A program made the translations under genes and the position numbers. From NCBI GenBank assembly GCA_031430955.1, contig JANPCM010000085.1: 33,409 nt of DNA; one strand, given 5' to 3'. This stretch comes from Ferruginibacter sp. (lineage in GTDB: Bacteria; Bacteroidota; Bacteroidia; Chitinophagales; Chitinophagaceae). Positions 1-7,718 of this stretch are shown here, one piece after another. The stretch's first letter is position 1. Each line of letters starts with the position of its first letter. A model generated the notes under the pieces. The model saw only the letters and a list, made by a program, of their open reading frames with translations, had not been told where the DNA came from and ran no database searches.

Positions 1-323
1 GGCAAATGCTCATGTGTGGTAGGATGCCCCTGTAAACGGGAGTTTAATTTTCTGAATGTGGCCAGTTCTTTAACCGGGAAATAACCACTACGGGCAAGGG
101 CACTGTAAAACACGGGAGATATATGTCCGTTACTTAAAAAAAACACATCTTCGCCGGCAGCATCCATATTAAATGCAGGATTGTGTTTCATAATATTAAA
201 ATACAGGGCAGTAAAATATTCGGTACAGCCTAAAGAACCGCCGGGGTGGCCACTTTGCACACCATGAACCATGCGTACAATATCCCTGCGTATTTGCGAT
301 GCTATTTCGGGTAAACTATTCAT
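1..323 (-). CDS. Transketolase, N-terminal (TPP-binding) region; partial, runs off the left edge
   Basis: Hand translation from ATG at 323: MNSLPEIASQIRRDIVRMVHGVQSGHPGGSLGCTEY...DVFFLSNGHISPVFY...FRKLNSRLQGHPTTHEHL. SGHPGG, LSNGH and LQGHP are transketolase motifs. Not in the ORF track because it is truncated. Confidence 0.93.
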   Translation of the reverse strand, partial: MNSLPEIASQIRRDIVRMVHGVQSGHPGGSLGCTEYFTALYFNIMKHNPAFNMDAAGEDVFFLSNGHISPVFYSALARSGYFPVKELATFRKLNSRLQGHPTTHEHL

Positions 324-377
324 TTGGATGATTAATTTTATTATTAAGAATTAAAGTTTTAAACTATTTTTTCGCTG

Positions 378-385
378 CAAACCTA
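378..385 (-). promoter_or_regulatory. Bacteroidetes sigma70 -7 element (TAGGTTTG) for transketolase
   Basis: Matches the TAnnTTTG consensus about 55 nt upstream of the ATG. Confidence 0.55.
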
Positions 386-609
386 CTCTAAATCAATTTA
401 CAGAAAAATTAAAAAACGGCTGTTTGGTTAAATAGTTAATAATAAGTTTATAATTTTTCCGTTATTTTAAAAATAATCACGGGAAAACGATTTTTTAAGC
501 AAATTCTCCCGAAATTAAATATGAGGCAGCTTTCTGGCATTAAGTTGGGTCTTACCCAAAAGTTATAAGTATTTCTTTAAAATATTAAGGTTACTTAAAA
601 CATATTTAA

Positions 610-617
610 TACTTTTG
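610..617 (+). promoter_or_regulatory. Bacteroidetes -7 element (TACTTTTG) for the wecA-like gene
   Basis: TAnnTTTG consensus 30 nt upstream of ATG 648. Confidence 0.6.
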
Positions 618-647
618 CAGCATAATAAATGCCATTAAATAAATTGA

Positions 648-1778
648 ATGGATAATATCTTACTTAGTGCGGCCCTGGCTTTTTTAATAACTTTTTTTGC
701 AATACCTATTATTATTCAGGTAGCCAAGGATAAAAAATTATTTGATGAGCCTGATGAACGCAAAGTTCATAAAACAGTTATCCCAACCTTAGGTGGCCTT
801 GGCATTTTTGCAGGGTTTATTATTGCTACATTAATGGGTGTTCCTTCTGGTATTGGTTCCGAATTACAATATTTTGCAGCAGCTGCAACAGTTATTTTCT
901 TTTTAGGCCTTAAAGATGATATTCTGGTTTTATCGGCCAGTAAAAAATTTATAGGCCAGTTAATAGCAGCAGGTATTGTTATAAAATTTGGCGGCGTACA
1001 GCTATCTAATATGCACGGCTTTTTAGGCATTTACGAAATACCCCATATTGCAAGTATTATACTTACTATTTTTACCATTATAGTTATTACCAACTCTTTT
1101 AATTTAATTGATGGTGTAGATGGACTGGCGGGCAGCCTTGGTGTACTTACTACACTTGTATTTGGCACTTACTTTTTTATTGCAGGCCAGTTAACTTATG
1201 CTGTGATGGCGTTTGCACTTTCGGGCAGTATTATTGCATTTTTAATTTATAATTTTTCTCCTGCAAAAATATTTATGGGTGATACCGGCTCTCTTTTATT
1301 GGGCCTGGTGAATGCCATTTTAGTTATTAAGTTTATTAATATTGCCGGCAACCCTGCCGCTGCATACGCATTAGAAGCATCGCCTGCAATTGGTTTTGCT
1401 ATTTTAATGATTCCTCTTTTTGATACTTTAAGGGTTTTTACTTTAAGGATTTTAGACCGCCGCTCTCCTTTTAGCCCCGACAGAACACATGTACACCACT
1501 TTTTATTAGATATTGGCTTTAGCCACCGCATGGTAACTTTTACCTGTGTATCGGTTAATATTATTTTTATTGCATCAGCTTATTTTTTACGCCATTTGGG
1601 AACTACAACTTTACTCGGTATTTTATTGGTTTCAGCTTTCACATTTATTGGTATTATTTATTACAGCCGTCCAAAAAACAAAACTGTAGCAAATAATAAT
1701 ACTGTAGCCACCAATAACAATATTATAAAGCCACGCAAAATATTTTCGCTTGCCCCCGAAAGTGTGGAGGCTGATTAA
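648..1778 (+). CDS. wecA: Undecaprenyl-phosphate alpha-N-acetylglucosaminyl 1-phosphate transferase (WecA/TagO, MraY-like GT4 family)
   Basis: Polytopic membrane protein with RKVH..IPTLGG, GLKDD, NSFNLIDGVDGLA, KIFMGDTGS and DRTHVHH motifs. Confidence 0.88.
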   Translation: MDNILLSAALAFLITFFAIPIIIQVAKDKKLFDEPDERKVHKTVIPTLGGLGIFAGFIIATLMGVPSGIGSELQYFAAAATVIFFLGLKDDILVLSASKKFIGQLIAAGIVIKFGGVQLSNMHGFLGIYEIPHIASIILTIFTIIVITNSFNLIDGVDGLAGSLGVLTTLVFGTYFFIAGQLTYAVMAFALSGSIIAFLIYNFSPAKIFMGDTGSLLLGLVNAILVIKFINIAGNPAAAYALEASPAIGFAILMIPLFDTLRVFTLRILDRRSPFSPDRTHVHHFLLDIGFSHRMVTFTCVSVNIIFIASAYFLRHLGTTTLLGILLVSAFTFIGIIYYSRPKNKTVANNNTVATNNNIIKPRKIFSLAPESVEAD

Positions 1779-1901
1779 TTTTTTGCTGCCTTCATTTCAT
1801 TTTTCATTTTACTTATTTTTAAACAGCATATAAAATAAAAATGCATTTATTTTATGTACCGTTAATTTTAAATGTATACCGTAAATAACGGTTCTTTTTT
1901 A

Positions 1902-1909
1902 TAGCTTTG
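1902..1909 (+). promoter_or_regulatory. Bacteroidetes -7 element (TAGCTTTG) for frr
   Basis: TAnnTTTG consensus 22 nt upstream of ATG 1932. Confidence 0.6.
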
Positions 1910-1931
1910 CAGCCACCTAATATTTATAATT

Positions 1932-2495
1932 ATGGCCGAAGGATTAGATAAAATACTCAGCGACACAGAATCATCAATGAATAAAGCCATTAACCACCTG
2001 GAAACAGAGCTGGTTAAAATACGTGCAGGCAAAGCCAACCCCACAATGCTGGATGGTATTATGGCAGATTATTATGGCAACCCCACAGCCATTAATCAAA
2101 TTGCCAATGTATCTGTATTAGATGCCCGTACTATTTCGGTACAGCCCTGGGAAAAAAATATGCTACAGGCAATTGAAAGGGCAATCACTATGGCCAATAT
2201 TGGCATCAATCCGCAAAATGATGGCACCGTAATACGTTTGTTTTTACCACCCCTTACCGAAGAAAGAAGAAAGGAAATGGTAAAACGCTGTAACAACGAA
2301 GGCGAGCAAGCAAAAATTGCCGTACGCAACATACGCAGGGATAATATAGAAGCTATAAAAAAATTACAGAAAGAAGGCCTTAGCGAAGATATTTGTAAAG
2401 ATGCCGAAAAAGAGGCGCAGGATATTACCGATAAATTTATTGGGCTTATAGAAAAACATTTAGCTGCAAAAGAAAAAGAAATAATGGCAGTGTAG
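1932..2495 (+). CDS. frr: Ribosome recycling factor
   Basis: IRAGKANP, YYG.PT, PPLTEERRKE, AVRNIRRD and KEKEIM motifs; 187 aa. Confidence 0.98.
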   Translation: MAEGLDKILSDTESSMNKAINHLETELVKIRAGKANPTMLDGIMADYYGNPTAINQIANVSVLDARTISVQPWEKNMLQAIERAITMANIGINPQNDGTVIRLFLPPLTEERRKEMVKRCNNEGEQAKIAVRNIRRDNIEAIKKLQKEGLSEDICKDAEKEAQDITDKFIGLIEKHLAAKEKEIMAV

Positions 2496-2498
2496 GCA

Positions 2499-2630
2499 AT
2501 TTCTGATTTCTGATTTTAGATTTCTGATTTAAGTAGCAGTACAGTGATTTGATTTGTTTTACAAATCCAGTATCAAACTACAGACATTTGACATCATAAA
2601 TCAGACATCCAACTTTAACCATTCAACATA
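2499..2630. repeat. Heptamer tandem arrays in two opposed arms
   Basis: (ATTTCTG)-type units at 2499-2530; degenerate complementary heptamers (GACATCA, TAAATCA, GACATCC) at ~2562-2630. Confidence 0.7.
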
Positions 2631-2639
2631 CAATTGTCT

Positions 2640-3521
2640 ATGCAGTCTGCAAGGGAAACATTGTTTATACTTTTATCAGTTCCCTTTTATACCATTTTAA
2701 TTGGTACAGAAATTTTATTGAGCAACTGGCAGCAAAAAAAATTTTATTCTTTAAAAGCTACACTGCAAAATGTTTACCTCACCCTGGTAAATGCAGGTCT
2801 CGATTTGTTTTTGCGCTGGTTATTTTACATCAGCATACTTACCTGGAGTTTTGAACATCATTTTTTTAAAATCGAAAATGCTTATTTCTACTGGTTTGCA
2901 TTATTTATTTTAGAAGATTTTACATTTTACATTGAGCATCGTATAGATCATTATTGCCGTATATTTTGGGCAGTACATATTACACACCATTCATCAGAAG
3001 AGTTTAATCTTACCACAGGTTTCCGTTCATCTGTATTACAGCCGGTGTACCGGTTTTTTTATTTTATTCCTCTGGCATTATTTGGTTTTCATCCTGTGGA
3101 TATTGTTTTTATGTATTCCATTACACAAACCTATGGCATACTGGTACACACACAATACATAAACAAAATGCCGCGTTGGTTTGAAGTTTTTTTTGTAAGT
3201 CCCAGCCACCACAGGGTGCATCATGCAAGCAATATTATTTACTTAGATAAAAACATGGGCATGTGCCTCATTATCTGGGATAAAATATTGGGAACATTTC
3301 AGGAAGAAATAAAAGGAGAGCCTGTAAAATACGGACTTACAAAAACTGTGATTAACAGCAATCATCCACTTAAAATAATTTTTCACGAGTGGCAAAATAT
3401 TGGTAAAGATGTTACAAAAAAGTTGCCATTAAGCATCCGCCTAAAATATTTATTTATGCCCCCCGGATGGAGCCACGATGGAAGCAGTAAAACCGCCAGG
3501 CAAATGAGGCAGGAATTATAA
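2640..3521 (+). CDS. Sterol desaturase / fatty acid hydroxylase family membrane di-iron enzyme
   Basis: His boxes HRIDH, HITHHS and HHRVHHA, with hydrophobic segments. ATG 2640 preferred over TTG 2634. Confidence 0.9.
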   Translation: MQSARETLFILLSVPFYTILIGTEILLSNWQQKKFYSLKATLQNVYLTLVNAGLDLFLRWLFYISILTWSFEHHFFKIENAYFYWFALFILEDFTFYIEHRIDHYCRIFWAVHITHHSSEEFNLTTGFRSSVLQPVYRFFYFIPLALFGFHPVDIVFMYSITQTYGILVHTQYINKMPRWFEVFFVSPSHHRVHHASNIIYLDKNMGMCLIIWDKILGTFQEEIKGEPVKYGLTKTVINSNHPLKIIFHEWQNIGKDVTKKLPLSIRLKYLFMPPGWSHDGSSKTARQMRQEL

Positions 3522-3705
3522 ATACAAAAAATATTCGTTTAATCTTGCGCATAATTTCGAATTAAGCGGAATCAAGAAATGAGAATCCATTATACCATTT
3601 ATTAAAATGAAAAACAACTATCTGTTAAAAAGTAAAAATGTTTTTGTTGAGTTGTTGGTAGTAGAATTATAAAGCCTTCAACTATTTTTTGATAGACCAC
3701 AAAAT

Positions 3706-5793
3706 TTATATCTCTGAAGGAATGGTTACAGTTAAAACACAGCCTTTACCCGGCTGAGAAACAAAATTGGCTGTACCATTATAAGACACTGCCCTGTTTT
3801 TGATATTTTCAATTCCTATACCGTTTTGTTTTACAGCAGTATTAAAACCAATACCATTATCTGTAATAATCAGCGAAATCGTTTTTTGTTTTTTTGTAAG
3901 GCTTATCCATATTTCTTTTGCCTTAGCATGCTTAAAAATATTATTTAACTGTTCCTGCACCATTCTTAAAATGTTCAATTTTAATTTATTGGTCACGCTA
4001 TTTTCGGTAAATTTTTTTAGCGAAAAATATATTTTTACAGGGTTAACTTCCATCATATCTGCAGCAAGTTTTTCTATTGCTTCAGCAAGCCCCATATTTT
4101 TAATAATATCAGTAATAAGTCCCTTTGATAATTTTCTAATTTCTTCAATAGCAGAAAGTGTGTATTCAGTAGAGCGGTTTAAATACATGTGGCTGTTTGC
4201 TCCGCCCCGCTTTGCCATTTCAATATACATTTTTGATGTACCAAGTAACTGGTTAATATTATCATGCAGCTCTTTACCAATATCCGATCTTTCTGTTTCC
4301 TTTGCATCTTCCGCAGCTTCGGCAATTTGCAGCCCTTTTAATTTAATTTCAAGTTCCAATTTTTCTTCCAGTATTTTTTGTCTTGATAAATCCTGCATAG
4401 CACCAATCATTCTGTGTGCTTTACCATCTGCATGCCTGATGATGCTTGCCCTTACATATACTTTAGCAATAGATCCATCGGCACGGGTAACACGGTAAGC
4501 ATGTTCCCAATGTGCCGCTGCAGATGCAATAGTATTTCGCAATTCTATTGTTATCGCTTCTTTATCATCAGGGTGCAGATAATTTACCCAGTCAGTAATC
4601 ATATTACCTTTATTATCTTTAATTACATAGCCAAACAATTCCTCAAAGCCATCACCTAAAAAAACTTCATTAGTTTTTAAATCCCAGTCCCATATCACAT
4701 CAAAAGAAAGTTTTGCAGCAAGCAAAAATTTTTTGCGCTGTTCTTCCTGTATTATAATTTGATCTCTCAGTTTTTTTTCCAGTTGCTGCAGCCTGTTTAT
4801 GTCTTTCGTAGCGCCTATTAATCTAACCGCCTTACCTTTTTCATCTCTCAAAATACTTCCCCTGCTGGTAACTTCAGCTATTGAGCCATCTTTTCGCCTG
4901 AGCATGTATGAATCACTCCAGCTATTTTTTGAAGAACCGAGTGTTTTCAATATTTTTTTTTCTACAATACTTTTTTCAGCGGGAAGAAGGCACTTCAGAA
5001 AATCTGAAAAGCTTATCGTATTGTTTTGCACTTTGTAGCCAAACACTTCTTCAATACTATCGCCTGCATAAATTTGGTTAGTAGCGGTATCCCAGTCCCA
5101 CATTACATCGTACGATGTTTTGGCAATACTTTTTATCCATTTATTATTTTCTACAACCCTGGCATCAGATTTTGCACGGGCAAGAATAATATTAGCTGCT
5201 ACAACTTTTTCTTTTTTTATATCAATTTTTTTTTGTGTTGATTTAGCAATACTTATATTAGCTGCTACAGTTTTTTCTTTTTTTATGTCAATTTCCTTTT
5301 GTGTTAATTTAGCGATACTGATATTATCTGCAACAACCTTTTCCTTTTTACTGTCAATTTCCTTTTGCAATAAAATTCTGGGGCTTATATCTGCAACTGT
5401 TGTAATCGCTCTTTTTCTTCCATTCTGATCTGTAAAAACTGCAGAAGTAATTTCGCAGGTAAATGTTTTAGCACTCTTTTTTATTGCAGTTATCAATCCA
5501 ACAGATTTTCCTTCTTCTTTTCTTTGTTTCAGTAATTTTTTAAAACTGCTGTCTCTTATATCAAAAATATCTGTTCGGTTTTTAGTTACCAGTTCTTTTT
5601 TAGAATACCCAAAAAGTTTGCAGGCGGCGCTGTTAACGGTTATTATTTTTCCTGTATTGGCAGCAGTAATAATATTTGCCTGTGCTGCATTATCAAAAGC
5701 CAGATAGCGTAGATTATCACCTTGCAAAGCAGTATTTTTTTTAAATGTGCCGTTTAGTTTTTTGGTAATGCTTTGTAAATTTTTATACATCAT
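3706..5793 (-). CDS. Cytoplasmic multi-PAS sensor histidine kinase (HisKA_3 / NarX-like class)
   Basis: N-terminal PAS (VNSAACKLFGYSKKEL), two WDWD-type PAS_3 domains, H-box ERSDIGKELHDNINQLL, ATPase motifs QEQLNNIFKHA, DNGIGF, GIGIENI; no TM segment. Confidence 0.92.
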   Translation of the reverse strand: MMYKNLQSITKKLNGTFKKNTALQGDNLRYLAFDNAAQANIITAANTGKIITVNSAACKLFGYSKKELVTKNRTDIFDIRDSSFKKLLKQRKEEGKSVGLITAIKKSAKTFTCEITSAVFTDQNGRKRAITTVADISPRILLQKEIDSKKEKVVADNISIAKLTQKEIDIKKEKTVAANISIAKSTQKKIDIKKEKVVAANIILARAKSDARVVENNKWIKSIAKTSYDVMWDWDTATNQIYAGDSIEEVFGYKVQNNTISFSDFLKCLLPAEKSIVEKKILKTLGSSKNSWSDSYMLRRKDGSIAEVTSRGSILRDEKGKAVRLIGATKDINRLQQLEKKLRDQIIIQEEQRKKFLLAAKLSFDVIWDWDLKTNEVFLGDGFEELFGYVIKDNKGNMITDWVNYLHPDDKEAITIELRNTIASAAAHWEHAYRVTRADGSIAKVYVRASIIRHADGKAHRMIGAMQDLSRQKILEEKLELEIKLKGLQIAEAAEDAKETERSDIGKELHDNINQLLGTSKMYIEMAKRGGANSHMYLNRSTEYTLSAIEEIRKLSKGLITDIIKNMGLAEAIEKLAADMMEVNPVKIYFSLKKFTENSVTNKLKLNILRMVQEQLNNIFKHAKAKEIWISLTKKQKTISLIITDNGIGFNTAVKQNGIGIENIKNRAVSYNGTANFVSQPGKGCVLTVTIPSEI
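5170..5367 (-). repeat. Three in-frame 66-bp (22-aa) tandem repeats within the PAS kinase
   Basis: ATATTA(G/T)CTG anchors at 5189, 5255 and 5321; QKEIDSKKEKVVADNISIAKLT / QKEIDIKKEKTVAANISIAKST / QKKIDIKKEKVVAANIILARAK. Confidence 0.92.
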
Positions 5794-5955
5794 AAATAAA
5801 TACTTAACTTGAAAGGTATTTCAATATTATGTATAACCCTTATATAATTTAAAATTTTACTTATACAATTCACACATTTAAAAAAGAGAGCAAATTTTAA
5901 ATTGAAGTTATTATCAGGCTGAAAGTAATAAAAATATTTTCGTGTACTTGCTTAA

Positions 5956-6327
5956 TTAATTGTCTTTGTATAAAACAACATCAATTTCCTTTAAAAGTTT
6001 TTTCATTTCAAAAGGTTTAGCGATATAACCCTGTGCTTTATACTGGTGAGTTATTTCTTCAATATTGGAATTGGCCGAAACAAATATTACAGGAATTTTT
6101 TTAGTTAATTTATTTTCTTTTAAACGTTTACATATTTCTCTGCCATCTAACCCCGACATCCAGATATCCAGCAATATTAAATCTGGTAAATCTTCCTGGT
6201 ATTTAAATATATCATTGGCATTAGTACTTGCCTGCACATTGTATTTATTGGTACGCAGCATTAAAGACAATATCTCTAAAATGTCGGGATCATCATCGGC
6301 AATAAATATTTTTTTTTCTTTTGTCAT
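5956..6327 (-). CDS. Single-domain response regulator (receiver only)
   Basis: IADDD, PDLILLDIWM (phospho-Asp), VIFVSA and KPF motifs; 123 aa. Confidence 0.95.
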   Translation of the reverse strand: MTKEKKIFIADDDPDILEILSLMLRTNKYNVQASTNANDIFKYQEDLPDLILLDIWMSGLDGREICKRLKENKLTKKIPVIFVSANSNIEEITHQYKAQGYIAKPFEMKKLLKEIDVVLYKDN

Positions 6328-6342
6328 TATAATAATTAAATT

Positions 6343-7137
6343 TTAACCGGCAGGTAATTTAAAATAAAATTCAGCCCCTTTACCTTTTACACTTTTTACA
6401 CCAATAGTCCCATTATGATGTTTAATAATTTCGGAACAAATATATAAACCAAGGCCAAGGCCTGAATAAGTATTTTCTTTATCGTCATCAACCTTGTAAT
6501 ACTTTTCAAATACTTTGGATTGCTGCTTTTCAGGTATTCCAATGCCATAATCCTGCACTGTTAATAGAATTGAATTTTGTTTTTTAACACTTTTAATATC
6601 TATTAAACTGCCGGGTACAGAATACTTGCCTGCATTTTCCAGAAAATTTTTTATTACCTGGCCAATTTTATTTCTATCGCCATAAATATTTTTTACAGGC
6701 CCAAGTGTTGTTACAATAACATGCTCCTTTAAAACGTTTTCCATTTCTTCTGCAATTTCTTTAACCAGTTCATTAAGATCAAAGCAACCGGTATGATATT
6801 GCAATTGACCGTTTTTTATTTTTTTTACATCCAGCAAATCACTTATAAGATTTGCAAGTTTATTTACCTGCATATCTACCCTTTTTAATAATCCGGCAGC
6901 TTTTGTATTACCTTCTTTTTTAAAAGTGTATTGCAACAATTGCACATATCCTTTAATACTTGTAACTGGTGTTTTTAATTCGTGGCTGGCTGTACTTATA
7001 AATTCATCTTTTTTCACAATAAAAGCATCTGCTTGCACCGAGCGGATAGTATCAATAATATTATTGGCTTTCCTAAGCCGGGATTTCAATTCCTCAACCT
7101 GAGTAATTAATTCTTCATATCTTTTTGTAATTATCAT
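6343..7137 (-). CDS. Histidine kinase (HisKA + HATPase_c) with a short N-terminal coiled coil and no sensor domain
   Basis: KKDEFISTASHELKTP H-box, NFLENAGKYS N-box, DYGIGI, GLGLGL. Confidence 0.93.
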   Translation of the reverse strand: MIITKRYEELITQVEELKSRLRKANNIIDTIRSVQADAFIVKKDEFISTASHELKTPVTSIKGYVQLLQYTFKKEGNTKAAGLLKRVDMQVNKLANLISDLLDVKKIKNGQLQYHTGCFDLNELVKEIAEEMENVLKEHVIVTTLGPVKNIYGDRNKIGQVIKNFLENAGKYSVPGSLIDIKSVKKQNSILLTVQDYGIGIPEKQQSKVFEKYYKVDDDKENTYSGLGLGLYICSEIIKHHNGTIGVKSVKGKGAEFYFKLPAG

Positions 7138-7467
7138 TTAAAAAAATCTTTCAAATTTATTTCAGCTGTTTTTTTAAAGCTTTTAATTCTGTTTTAGTAT
7201 GGCGGTTTAATCATTTTATGATATTTGCTATACTTTTATTAACAAACAGTGTACAATACTGTGTCCGCTTTCTCTTAAAATTATAAAAAGTGAAATATTT
7301 ATTAAATTCTTTTATCGGATTAGCGTGGAAATTATTTGGATTTTACCCATAAAATCAATGGAAAATTTAATCATAAGCAATTTTTAATTTTAATGGGTGC
7401 AACTCCTGTATTAACAGCAACAATATTTAAGCTACTACTATTTTTTAGTTTGATACATACTGCTGTT

Positions 7468-7594
7468 ATACCAATTGGACATTGAAAATACATTGTCAGC
7501 CTGAACTTGTGGAAGGCGTGTTTACTCTTGCACCCGGTTTCGACAAGCTCAACCTGACAATTTTTAGCAGGTAGATTAAATGTCCAATTGGTAT
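7468..7594. mobile_element. MITE-like element with 16-bp perfect terminal inverted repeats enclosing a REP-like doublet
   Basis: ATACCAATTGGACATT (7468-7483) / AATGTCCAATTGGTAT (7579-7594). Inner IR TTGTCAGCCTGAACTTGTGGAA (7493-7514) vs TTCGACAAGCTCAACCTGACAA (7539-7560), 18/22 complementary. Confidence 0.65.
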
Positions 7595-7660
7595 TATATT
7601 ATTAGCTGCAAATTTTTCGCCTAGCTACCTGGCAAAAAAATACGGAGGATATATGCATAA

Positions 7661-7684
7661 AGCCCCGCTTTTTCAAGCAGGGCT
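7661..7684 (-). terminator. Probable intrinsic terminator downstream of ftsZ
   Basis: AGCCCCGCTT-tttc-AAGCAGGGCT stem about 35 nt after the ftsZ stop; only a short U tail. Confidence 0.55.
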
Positions 7685-7718
7685 ATAAATATAAATTTTA
7701 AATAAATGTTGCTATACT

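Noticed and set aside
3800-4498. 232-aa plus-strand ORF and the other short antisense ORFs in the track (e.g. 19794-20279, 23417-23779, 8250-8570)
   Set aside because: Shadows of well-supported genes on the opposite strand; no recognisable motifs.
5226-6317. 9-nt poly-T tracts as phase-variation switches
   Set aside because: Such runs are frequent throughout this AT-rich, Lys-rich sequence and the frames are intact.
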